Assembly (NCBI GenBank): GCA_016748015.1
Contig: JAAOMT010000436.1
Span: 687,940-751,939 of the forward strand
Direction: 5' to 3'
Origin: Geosiphon pyriformis uo1
Lineage: Eukaryota; Fungi; Glomeromycota
DNA: 64,000 nucleotides
Part shown: piece after piece, positions 26,936-39,700 of the stretch
Layout of the letters: every line of letters begins with the position of its first letter
How positions within the stretch are numbered: the stretch's first letter is position 1
The notes under the pieces: generated by a model
Seen by the model: only the letters and a program-made list of their open reading frames with translations
The model's database searches: none
What the model was told of the DNA's origin: nothing
Made by a program: the position numbers and the translations under genes

Positions 26936-29900
26936 GTGGTGACTATTGGAACAATAGGAAAAGACCACTTCTTGTATAGAAGAGCATTATTTCAATACTT
27001 TCGAAAAGATCTAGGAATACCAGCAGAAACCACTATCACAGAAAGTGATTTTTGCAACTATATTAATGCAAAAATCAACTGCTTGTTAGGCTGTGCAACT
27101 GATACAAAAAGACTTGAAGAACAAATCTATCAAAGCTTACTAGGGTACTCAACAACTACTACTACTCGAGCAATTGCTGAAACTCTACACATAGTCAATA
27201 TAGACATTAAACACTATATGACAAAACAATTTTCTCAAATACAACAACCAGTAGAATTTGATCTGGAAGAATATAAGAATAGATCCAATAATTTTACAAC
27301 TGTCCAAGACAAGTCTATGGTCAACAAGAAACCAAGATTTCTCTCCTCAACAATTTTACCATATCATTAAACACCCCAAAGTAGAATTGTATTCAATTCA
27401 CTCCGAGAAATCTAGTCAAAAACACCACAAATTCCTGAAAATCCACACTTTTGGGGCCAACACAGTTGGACTAAATCACTAAGAGAATACAGATTGCTGT
27501 TTGGAAATCTTACCTCAACAGCTGGTCAAACAGAAGGAAACATGTCAACTTGGAAACAGCCACCAGCACAAAACCCAGCAGAATCAGCATCTCTCCTGAT
27601 AGAAAGAACAGCTATCTTACAACCTATTGATTCCAGCAACAAAAAGAAACAACCAGCATTAGCACCCAGAGAACACTCAAATACATGGACACCAATCTCT
27701 TTAACTGTAATTAGTAACACCCCACCCATTAACCAGATCATGGCCTATCAGAATATTGCTAAATTGTAGAAATTCTCTGATGAAAAGATAACGCATATTC
27801 TTGGATCATGGACACTGAGAAAACAATTACCATTAATGGATAAAACAATGACCACACAATTCAGGCATTGCTGTTTTTTTTGACTGAAACCACCAATTCA
27901 TAGTACTAGAGCCTTGCAGAGAAGCCTACTTCCTTTACAGAGTTTAAACTCACTTTTCTGCAATACTTTTGTGACCCTAATACACTTATTTGATTGCAAA
28001 ATCAATTCAGTATAATAAAACAAAATGATCATAAAGTAGTAACTACTTATCTCAGAAGATTCAATCAGGTTCTTTGACAAATCCTAGCCATCGAGCAGAA
28101 TTATTATACCACTGCACAAGTCCTTAATCAATTCATTAAAAAACTAAAAAGCAGCCTTCTAAGATCCGTACAACCTCACCATCTGGCAAACCTACAAGAA
28201 GCAGTCACTCTCGCTCATGATTTTGAGTCCACAAAACAAGAAGTAAACCATACCCAAGCTGTTAACTTAGTCATCAATAGAACCTTTGACATCAACACAA
28301 AGATAACCCAATTAAGTGAAAAATTAACTCAAAAAATTGAGGGATTTTTAGCCAGAACCACAAAAACTTACCAACCACCACAATGAAAAGAAAATAACAA
28401 CAACAGCAGATATTCACTGCAACAGAATCATCAGCAATAGCAACAATCTTGGAGATTTGATCCCCATAACTGTTACTACTGCCAGAAACCTGGACATATT
28501 GCCCATGACTGCAGAAAAAAGATAATGAACCAAAATCAAGGAAACTAATACTAGCAACCAAGATATCAGCAAAACATGGTATCTCAATATTCTATCCCTC
28601 AAAATCCACTTCTTCAGTACACAAAACAAGTCCCGTACACTCAATCACCACCCCAGAATTACTATTAACCACTACCAATAACACAAGCAATTCCTTACTA
28701 TCAAACTCCCCCTTATAGCCAGCCCAGATCTTGAACTATAGACTATAATCAGAGATGGAAGAATCCTAACAACAATCAGGTACAAACCAATAGTGGACCA
28801 TCTCAACCAATTCCTTGTGGTCCTGCACAATCTCAACCAGTACCAACTGGATATCCAAATCAAGCTTCCTATCTCAGTCTCATAGAAGACCAGGATTTTG
28901 ATAAATCTACATCTATAGAAGAGAAGGATGTAGAACAAATCTCCCAACCTTCCAAGCAAACAAAAAACAATATCCCACCAGCCACACTGAGAACATCATC
29001 TTAGCTGCCATATTTTCTTTTGACATCAATAATTTGAACACCCACAGGCTTTTTAGTGGGACAGCCATCAATCAGAATAAACCAATAACAGCCCTATACA
29101 CCAATGCCAGAGTCGAAAGAATAGACATTAAATTAATCCTGAATAGTGGATCAGCTGGTAACATAATTATGAAGCAGCTCATAGACCAACTAAGTCACTG
29201 AGTAGACCATGCTGCTACTGCCTGGATCATTACAGCAGATGAAAACACAAAAACCCCAATAAGAGAAATTAACAACTTCCCCTTCGAGATTAATGAAATC
29301 CAGATTCCTACCAAGGTACTCGTTATAGAAGCTACTCAATATTAAGCTCTGATAGAAAATAATTGGTTGTCAAAAACCAATGCTATGCTCAACTGGAATA
29401 CCCAAAAACTTCAACTCACATTTAATGAACAGCATGCCTGAGTTCCAGCTACATGTGGACATTTTAAAACCCAACATACTGAGGAACCCCTAATTGAATT
29501 CAAAGACACACCACTATCACCGACCATTGAGATCTATCAAGTTTCATGGGCAGACAATTATTAAACTGAACTATCCTCACCACTAACCTGGGAAGAAAAA
29601 AGAAAAAACAGAGCCAAAGAAGAACCCCAATTGTTATTACTAAGATATGTAACCTCAGACCAAAAAAATTTATTTTACCAATCTCCAAAACTAATATGTG
29701 TTGATTGTGGAAAGAAGCTATCCATATATTGGAGACAATAAAGAATGGCCTACCACTACAAAATACTACTGCAAATCTTGTGTATTGGAAAAATTTAGAT
29801 GACTGAAATGACAAGGCAAGTGGGACAACATGCCATGCTTTGTATGTGGTGAGATTCTGCCCAATAAAAGACTCTAGAATAATGTGCCTGGCAGAGGAGA

Positions 29901-32711
29901 AACATGCAATGAAATTTGTCAGTACACCATATTAATCAACAATTGGGTATAAAAGGGAACTCCCATTGAGGATGCTTAGAAACAAGCACTTAATAAGCTG
30001 GACAGTTATCCACATGATGATCACAAAATTTGAAGAATGGCAAGCATCAAAGCCAAAGGCACCATGCCCAAAGAAATACAAGAAATCAAGAACAACTCTT
30101 AGATGCCTAAATATAATGGACCCAACTACCCCATAGATGATTTCTTTATAGATGACCCTGATGTATTTCAGAACTAATATCAAGAATTGGCTTTGACCCG
30201 AAAAAAGCAATAACAGTGGCTAGTTGATCTAAATACCAAACTATGCGATTACTGCTTAATTTCTTACCACTTTCAATATTGTGACAAGTGTGATCTTATG
30301 TTCAACCCACCTCCCAGAATTCTATACTCAATCACTAAATTACCTAAGCCTGAGAAAGAAGAGGAATTACTCACCAAGAACATGTTATTTTAAGAGCTGA
30401 ATTAGACTATCAAAATAGAATAATACCTCACATATCCTGATCTCTCCAAAAAATTAGAATTAAAATGGTATAATAACAACAATGAAGGAATATGCCCAGA
30501 AAGAACACATAAAACCAATGCAGGTTTTAACTTAAGATACCCTGAACAATCACCCATAGTTATAGTTTCATATTCCCTGGTAAAAATAGATCTCAAAATA
30601 GTGCTAGAAATTTCTGTTAGCACTATGATACAAGTAGTGTCTAGATCGAGTCTTGCAAAGAAAAAAATTGACGTAAAAAAAGGAATTATTAATGCTAGAT
30701 ATACAGGAAATATCATTGTGATGCTACAAAACAATTCAGACAAATCCTATAAGATTAAATCTCATGAAAAGATTGCCTAAGCTATCTTCTTATCTTTAGT
30801 CAAAATATCCCAACTAGTCCCAATTACCACCCAAAAAGAATTAGGCCTTACTGCTTAAGGAATCAATGAGTTTGGCTTAAGTAGAAAAGAAAACATAACA
30901 GTCAATTTTATAAAGGAAGATAGTGACCAGGGAAAACTTATCTACACCAACATCATCATTTCCATCCCTCCTTATCAGTAGTACATTCTTAAAGTTGACT
31001 GGAGGATTTAAAACCAAGCACTAGTCTTCAAAGCCAATTCTGAGATCTGCTTGCTAGCCGATATTACTAATCTGTACTTACTAGCCAAAGCTTATAAACA
31101 CTTCAAATTCCCATTCACAATCTGGCTAAAAACATTATCAAAATTTCTAAGAGAACCCTTGTTGGTTCCATATCTTCAGATATTCAGAATCCAGAAAAAC
31201 TCCAGCTCATTCAAAATTTTGCTCAATTGTTCTTGTTCTGTGACATTACCTCACAAATATGAAACCTGCCAAAGGAAAGTTATTTGTTCATGCCGAAAGA
31301 AATCAATAAACTCAATCTGGGAAATCTGAGTATTTTACAGCAAATACAACTTAAGATTCTATTGAACTAATATGCCAATGTTTTTGCCAGTGAAAATGAG
31401 TTCGGATGCACTAACATTGTGAAACACCAGATTGACACTGAAGATGCTTGACCTATTAAGCAGTGAACTTATTGAGTACCTTCATCTGGCAATAATTTGA
31501 TTAAGCAAGAAGTACAACAAATGCTTGACAATGGACTGATTAAAGAATCATTAAGCCCTTGGTTCTTTCCAATGGTCTTAGTCACAAAAAAGAATGGAAA
31601 GATAGAATTCTGTGTGGATTACCAAAAATTAAACAGTGTTACCCAAAAAAATAGCTATTCCACTCCTATTATTCAAGAAATCTTAGACAACTTAGGAAAG
31701 AAGAAATGGTTCTCATCACTAGATCTAGCCAGTGAATATTGGCAAGTTGAAATGGACCCAAAAGACAAAGGGAAAACAGCATTCACCATCTGAGATAAAA
31801 ATTTTGAATTTAATATGATGCTTTTTGAACTGTGCAATACTTCCACTATCTTTCAATGTCTTATGGATGTCGTGTATAAAAGAATTTTGTGGAAATTAGT
31901 CATAGTATACTTGGATAACACCAATGTTTTTTTGGAAACATTCGATAAACATTTGCTCTATTTGCAACAAGTCTTCGAACACCTTTAAGATGTCAGATTA
32001 AAACTCAACCCTGATAAATGCTTTTTTAGGAAAACTGAACTGAAATTCTTAGAACATGTGATTAGCAAAAACAAAGTAAAACTCGACCTAGACAAAATCC
32101 AAAAAGTCAAAGATTTTCCAGTCCCAATCAATCTACAAGAGCTACAAAAATTTTTAGGATTGGCTGGATACTACCACCAATTTGTTAAAAGATTTTTAAC
32201 TATTGCAAAACCCATTTATCATTTATTGTCCAAATATGTGCCATACCTGTGGAAAAAAGAGCAACAAAAGATCTTTGACTATTTTAAACAGCAATTAATC
32301 ACATCTCCAATACTAATCTATTCTGACTTCACTAAATGATTCATTGTTGCTACAGATGTATCAAAAAATGCACTAAGAGCTATATTATCACAAATAGGAC
32401 CAGACAAAAAAGAACATCCAATTGTTTACACCAGTTGCAGTACCAGCCCTGCAAAAAAAATATATAGTACAACAGATTTGGAATGCCTTACCATTTATTG
32501 GGCTGTACAAACATAGAAACACTACCTCAGACAACTATTTGACCTATATACTGATCATAAAGGACTCATTTGGTTACTTAATAACCCATAGCTGAAAGAA
32601 AAATATGTGAAATGGAGTACTTATTTGCAATAATTCCCACTCAAAGTTCATTACAAGAAAGGATTCAAGAACACCAATGCTGACAGTTTGTCAAGAATGC
32701 TACAAACCTAA
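26936..32711 (+). pseudogene. Gypsy-B gag-pol (Gag, PR, Cys-rich module, dUTPase, RT, RNase H)
   Basis: GTG start. CYYCQKPGHIAHDC knuckle (~28471), LILNSGSAG protease, AGFNL...IINARYTG dUTPase (~30520-30880), FCVDY and YLDNT RT, and NADSLSRMLQT*. Confidence 0.87.
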
Positions 32712-32721
32712 TTTCAGACCC

Positions 32722-34077
32722 ATGAACACACTTATTTATTAGCAATTACATCAGTACCTATTGACACTATATTTCAAAGAGATATTATCTCAACAGAAAC
32801 AAAATACCATACAGAAACAAGCACAAAATTACTTTATTCAAAATGACTAACTCTATTATTGAGAATAACGAAACCACACCACCTCACAACAATTGATTAA
32901 GGACAATAAAAAAGAAGCTATATTATATAGTATGCATTTCGACCCAATTGCAAAACACTTCAACAAAGATGCAACTCTGGAAAGAACAACAAATTTATAC
33001 TATTGGCCTATAATGTATAAGGATATCTTCGAATATGTTTGCAATTGTGATTTATGTCAATGAAGAGGAAGAGCCAGGATAACAAAACCACTTTGACCCA
33101 TTCCAGTTGGAAATCCATTTGATAGAATTGGGATCAATTTGGTTGGTCCTCTCTCAATTACATCTAAAGGAAATTGTTACATTGCTGTAGTCATAGACTA
33201 TCTTACAAAATGGCCAGAAGCCAGAGCAATCCAAGTAGCTGATGCCAAAACAGTAACTGAATTCATATACCAAGATCTAATACACAGACATAAATGCCTG
33301 AAAGAACTGTTATCAGACTAAGGAACACATTTTGTCAATACTATATTAACTAAATTGAGTCAATGTTTTGGTATAAAATGACTGTTATCATTACCATATT
33401 ACTCACAAACAAATGGACTGGTAGAATGGTTTAACAGAACATTATGTGAAACATTAGCAAAAATAAGTTACGAAAATGAACAAGAATGGGACTTATTTAT
33501 ATCTTCTGTACTCTTTGCATATTAAACATTAAAGCAAAATACAACACAGTTTACATCATTTGAATTAGTCTATAGAAGAAAAGCAACATTATCTATTGAA
33601 CAAGAAATAGCATTCTACTCAACAGAAACTATCAACAAAAAATTTTTGAAGATATCTTATGCCAAAGAATATACCAGCTAATAAAAATGTTAGAAAACAA
33701 TCATAAAATAGCAGCTAACAATATTAGTAATGCTCAAAAATGACAAAAAAAAAGACATAATAATCATCTATTCGAACAACCAATGGAATTTAAGATTGGA
33801 GACCAAGTATTGTTACATCATACAAAAGCAGAAAAACAATAGAGTGGAAAGTTTGACCCAAAGTGGAACAGCCCATTTTACATACATAAAGTGTTAGGAA
33901 ATAAAGCTTACAAATTACAATTAGAAAACAGGATTTTAAAAAAAATAGTTCATAGGAATCAATTAAAAATTTATCATGTGAAACAACAGTCATTGTCATC
34001 AGTACATCAACTAGGAACACAAATTCTATTAAGATATACCACGAGATCTGGAACCAATTATTGTTATTGAAACATAG
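32722..34077 (+). pseudogene. Gypsy-B integrase (separate ORF)
   Basis: ATG 10 nt after the RNase H stop. CDLCQ, GINLVGP, NGLVEWFN; ends LEPIIVIET*. Confidence 0.85.
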
Positions 34078-34161
34078 ACAACATATAGCAAATTAAATTG
34101 GAAAATTCAAGTATATATACTATCCAGAAAACAATGAGAAAACGATAGAACCTTTTTCAAC

Positions 34162-34896
34162 ATGAATCTTTCAGATCAAATTCTACAACTTTTGAAACAA
34201 CTGTTTGATGCAATTTAACAATCTTCTGCTCAAATTGAAATCACAATTGATAAAAAAGAGATATGATACAGAGATAGGAGCAAGAAAGAGGTGGATAAGA
34301 GTTCAATTAGAACTAAGCTGTTCCACCCTTACAAACAAACCTCTTTCTATGAAAAAAAAAGAAAAAGGGATATGACAGGGATAGGACCCAACACAGCTAA
34401 GGAGAAGGGAAAGGTAACAGAAATAGAACTGTGTTGGATGAGAATTGAAAAAATAAGGAAGGATCTGAACAAGCAAATACTGGAGCTGGTAATAGGAGAA
34501 TAGACACCTAAAAATGCAAAAAAATGAAAAAAAAAACTTCCACTCATCTATTGGCTATTTAAAATTGGGTTACAATTAGGATTAAATAGCCCATATGAAA
34601 ATCTCAACTGTTGAACAATCAACAAAAAAGCCCACAAACAAGTAGAAGAATTCGTGAGAAGAAACAACTTAAACCTATACTACAAAACAACATACTGACT
34701 ATATTCAGCATTTAAATACTGTCCAACGGTACTACTAAATAAAACTCTAAAAACTATCACAGTCAACAACATAGGATGGATGACAAACACCCAATTTGAA
34801 GTTCTACAAAAAGCAATACTGAAGACAACATTCGAGTTCTTTACAGAAAACACAAACTTGGCTAAAATAGATGATTTCGCAGAAGCTTAATTTTAA
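34162..34896 (+). pseudogene. Gypsy-B accessory ORF3
   Basis: MNLSDQILQLLKQLF...IRTKLFHPY...YWLFKIG. Homologous to 44019-44753. TATATATA at 34112-34119. Confidence 0.7.
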
Positions 34897-36257
34897 AAAA
34901 AGAGGGATAATGTTACCTGAGTAAAAAAACCAAAAAGCTATAAAAAAATGTGACAAAGAAATGTGACAAGAAAAATGCAGTACAACTTGAAGTAATACAG
35001 AATAAATGCAAGCAATAATTAGCAATAATAAGCAATAGCTAGCAATAGTGAAGCAATTGAAAGCAATTCTGTAAAACCAAAAGAATAAAAGCAAATAGTT
35101 GTAAAAGTTGAAAAGTCAGACAGTTAGTTAGGAATCAAATTTTACTTTGTATTATATTTATCATATATTCATAGTCTGAAATACAATAAATTATCAAAAC
35201 CAAATCCAATTTACCAATTCATGTTCTTTCATCTTATGGATTTTAATTGAAATTAAAATCAGTATTTCCTACTTTTGTTCTGGAACAGATGCCATTGGCA
35301 TAAATACCTTGAACTCTTAATGATTTGAACCAATTGCTCTTAATCACGGCAATTAATGAGAACTAATTCTTTTCTTTTTCTTTTTTTCTTTTTTTATTTT
35401 ATTTTTTTTATTTTTTTGGAGTGGCAACATAAGAAAATTGACTGTCTTGAAATAGACTTCGTGATAGCCTGGTAAAAGAGAAAAGCTTCCCCTAAGTTTT
35501 GGATATTAACATTATCTTGGTAGCTTACCAGAAGGACGATGTTACCCGAATAGAAAAACCGATCCAAAGTTATGAAGAAATGTGACCAAAAACGTAACAT
35601 AACACAGAATAACGTGCGATAACATTGGATAATGCGTTATAACATTGGATAACGTGTTATAATACAGAATAACACAGAATAGCATGCAATAACATAGGAT
35701 AACGTGTTATAATGCAGGATAACACAGAATAACATGTAATAATGTCAGATAACGTGTTATAACATAGGATAACTAGTGATAACATAGAAAAATGAAGCAA
35801 TAACAGAAACAACAAAGCAATAGCTAGTGATAACAAGACAATTAAAAGCAATTCTGTAAAACCAAAAGAATGTATAAAAGCAATAGCTAGCAATAGCGAG
35901 ACAATTGAAAGCAATCCTGTAAAACTAAAAGAATGTATAAAAGCAAGTAGTTGTAGAAGTGAGAAAAGATAGAGAAGAAAAAAATAGATATGAACCTCTA
36001 GACCAGAAATTAAAATATCCATACCCTTTCATTCTTTATTATCTTCCCTATTTCATCTCCTGAAATAAACCAATTATTAAAAGAAATCAGAATCGCGAAT
36101 TCATGTTCTCAAACTTCGTAAAATTTACATGAATTAACCCTTGTTTCGTACCTCCGTTCTAGAACAAATGCTCTTAGCATAACCGCCTCGAACCTATTAA
36201 CAATTTGGACCAATCGCTCTTGATCACGATGATTGATAATACTAATTTATCTTTTCT

Positions 36258-36307
<50 letters not shown>

Positions 36308-36770
36308 CTGTCTTAATTTTTTGTGGAGTGGCAACATAGTAAAATCGACTGTCTGGGAATAGACTTCATGATAGCCTGGTAAAAGAGGAAAGCTCCCCCT
36401 AAGTTTTGGATATTAACATTATCTTGTTAGCTTACCAGAAGGGTAAAAAGACAATGCCAGACCCTAATGACTGCACTTGTTAGCTCGGAGAAGAAAGCTC
36501 ACATTTATGAAAAATGTTGCAATCGACAAAAGACAAACTCTGTGCCTTATAACCAAAGAACTCAATAGGTAAAATTCACATCCAGGAATAGACCTTCAGA
36601 AACTGATAATCAAAACTAAGCCAACAGAATTATGTGGAAAATGCATCATCAATAATTAAGAGCACCAAATGTTACCATTTCCCATACTCACCAAGTTTAC
36701 CCGTAACATTTGGTGCTCTCTGTGAGATTATAAATCCACAGAGACAGAACACCTCCAAAAATATATAAAA

Positions 36771-39700
36771 GTGGTGACTATTGGAACAATAGGAAAGGAC
36801 CACTCCTCATACAGAAAAGCACTATTTTAATATTTTCGAAAAGACCTAGGAATACCAGCAGGAACTGCTTATGCAGAAAGTGATTTTTGTAACTATATCA
36901 ATGCAAAAATTGACTGCTTGTTAGGCCGTGCAACTGATACAAGAAGACTTGGAGAACAAATCTATCAAAGCTTACTAGGGTACTCAACAGCCACGACTAC
37001 CCGAGCAATTGCTAAAACTCTGTGCATAATTAATACAGACATTAAATATTATGTGGCACAACGATTCTCTCAAGTACAACAACCAGTGGAATCTGACCCT
37101 AAGGAATACAAAAACGAATCCAACAACCCCATAACTGCCCAAGCCAAGTCCACAGTCAACAAGAAACCAAGAGTCCTCTCCTCAACAACTTCATCATACT
37201 ATCAGACACCCCAAAGTAGAATTGTATTCAATCCACTCCCAGAAACCCAGTCAAAAACACCACAAACTCCTGAAAATCCACACTCTTGGAATCAACACAG
37301 TTGGACCAAATCACTAGGAGAATACGGATTGCTGTTTGGAAATCTTACCCCAGCAGCCGGTCAAACAGAAGGAAACCCATCAACTTGGGAACAGCCACCA
37401 GCACAAAACCTAGCAGAATCAGCATCTTCCCTGACGGAAAAAACAGCTATCTTACAACCTATTGGTTCAAGCGACAAAGGAAAGCAATCAGCATTAACAC
37501 CCGGAGAACACTCGAATATGCGGACACCAATCTTTTTAAACATAACCAGTAATACTCCACCCATTAACCGGATCATGGCTTACCAGGATATCACTAAATT
37601 GGAAAAATTCTCTGGTGAAGAAGATAATACATATTCTTGGATCGCAGATGCCGAAAAAACAATTACCACTAATGGTTGGAATGACGACCGCACAGTTCAG
37701 GCACTGCCGTTCTTTCTGACTGAAACTGCCAATTTGTGATACCAGAGCCTGGCAGAGAAGCCTACCTCCTTTACCGAGTTTAAACTCACATTTCTGCAAT
37801 ACTTCTGTGACCCCAATATGTTAATTTGATTGCAGAATCAATTCAGCATAATTAAACAAAAAGATCACGAAACAGTAACTACTTATCTCGGACGATTCAA
37901 TTAAATCCTGTGTCAAATATTAGCTATCAAAAGGGACTACTACACTGCAGCACAAGTTCTTAATCAATTCATTAAAGGATTGCGGAGTAGTATTCTAAGA
38001 TTCATAAGACCCCATCATCCAACCAGTTTACAAGACGCTGTCACTCTCACTCACAATTTTGAGTCTGCAGAACAAGAAGTGAATCATACCCAAGCCATTA
38101 ATTTAGCCATTAATGGAACCTTTAACATCGACACAAAGATAACCCAATTGAGTGAGAAACTAACTCAGAAAATTGAGGGATTCTTAGCCAGAACTACAGA
38201 AACTTATCAACCACCCCAATGGAGAGAAAATAACAACAACAGCAGATACCCACAACAACAGAACCATTAGCAACAGCAACAATCTTGGAGATCCAATCCC
38301 CACAACTGCTACTACTGCCAGAAACCTGAACACATTGTCCATGACTGCAGAAGGAAGATCATGGACCAAAATCAAGGAAACTCATACCAGCAACCCAGAT
38401 ATTAGCAAAACATGGTACCCCAATATTCCATACCTTAAAATCAACCACCCCTATACCCACAACAAGTCCCATACACTTAACCACTGCCCCAGAATTATTA
38501 TCAACCACCACCAATGACACAAGCAATCCCTCACTATCAAACTTCCCCTTACAGCCTGTTCAGACCTCGAGCTATAGACTATAATCAAGAATGGAGGAAT
38601 CCCAACAACAATCAGATACAAACCAACAGTGGACTGTTTCGACCAATCTCTCGCGGTTCTGCCCAATCTCGACCAACACCAACTGGATACCCGAATCAAG
38701 CTTCCTATCTCGGTCTTATGGAAAACCAGAGTTTTGATAAATCTACACCTGTGGAAGAGGGGGATATAGAACGAATCTTTCAACCTTCCAAGCAAACAAA
38801 AAGCAATATCCCACCAGCCACTATTACTGAAGACACCACCTTAGCCACCATATTTCCTTTTGACATTGATAATTTGAACACACATAGCCTTTTTAGTGGA
38901 GCAGCCATTAATCAGGATAAACCAATAACGGCCCTATACACTGATGCCAGAGTTGGAGGAATAGACATTAAATTAATCCTGAATAGTGGATCAGCTGGTA
39001 GCATAATTACGAAGCAGCTTATGGACCAACTAGGTTGCCAAGTAGACCATGCTGCTACTGCTCAGATCATTACAGTAGATGGGAACACAAAAACCCCAAT
39101 AGGAGAAATTGACAACTTCCCTTTTGAGATTAATGGAATCCAAATCCCTACCAAAGTACTCGTCATAGAAGCTACTCAATATCAAGCTCTAGTAGGAAAC
39201 AACTGGTTGTCAAAAGCCAACACTACTCTCGACTAAAACACCCAAGAACTTCAACTTATGTTCAATGGACAGCATGCCTGAGTCCCAACTACGTGCAGAC
39301 ACTTTAAAAACCAATGTACCAAAGAACCCCTTATTGAATTCAAAAACACATCAATGCCACCAACCATTGAGACCTATCAGGTTTCATGGGCAGACGATTA
39401 TCGAACTGAACTACCCTTACCACCAACCTGGAAAGAAAAAGAAAAAAGCAGAGCTGAAGAAAAACCCCAATTATCATCACTAGGATATGTAACCTCAGAT
39501 CAAAAAAACTTATTTTACCAACTCCCAAGACTAATATGTGTCAATTGTGAGAAAAAACTATCTACTATGGGCACATGTATCGGGGACAACAAAGAATGGC
39601 CCACTGCCACCAAATACTATTGCAGGTCTTGTTTACTGGAAAGATTTGGATGACCAAAATGACAAGACAAGTGGGACCACACATTGTGCCTCATATGTGG

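Noticed and set aside
35657-36022. Hydrophobic minus-strand ORFs in LTRs (also 26011-26205, 34804-35094, 44772-45074) as membrane proteins
   Set aside because: They are translations of the T-rich antisense of A-rich LTR tandem repeats, and their ends are not conserved between copies.
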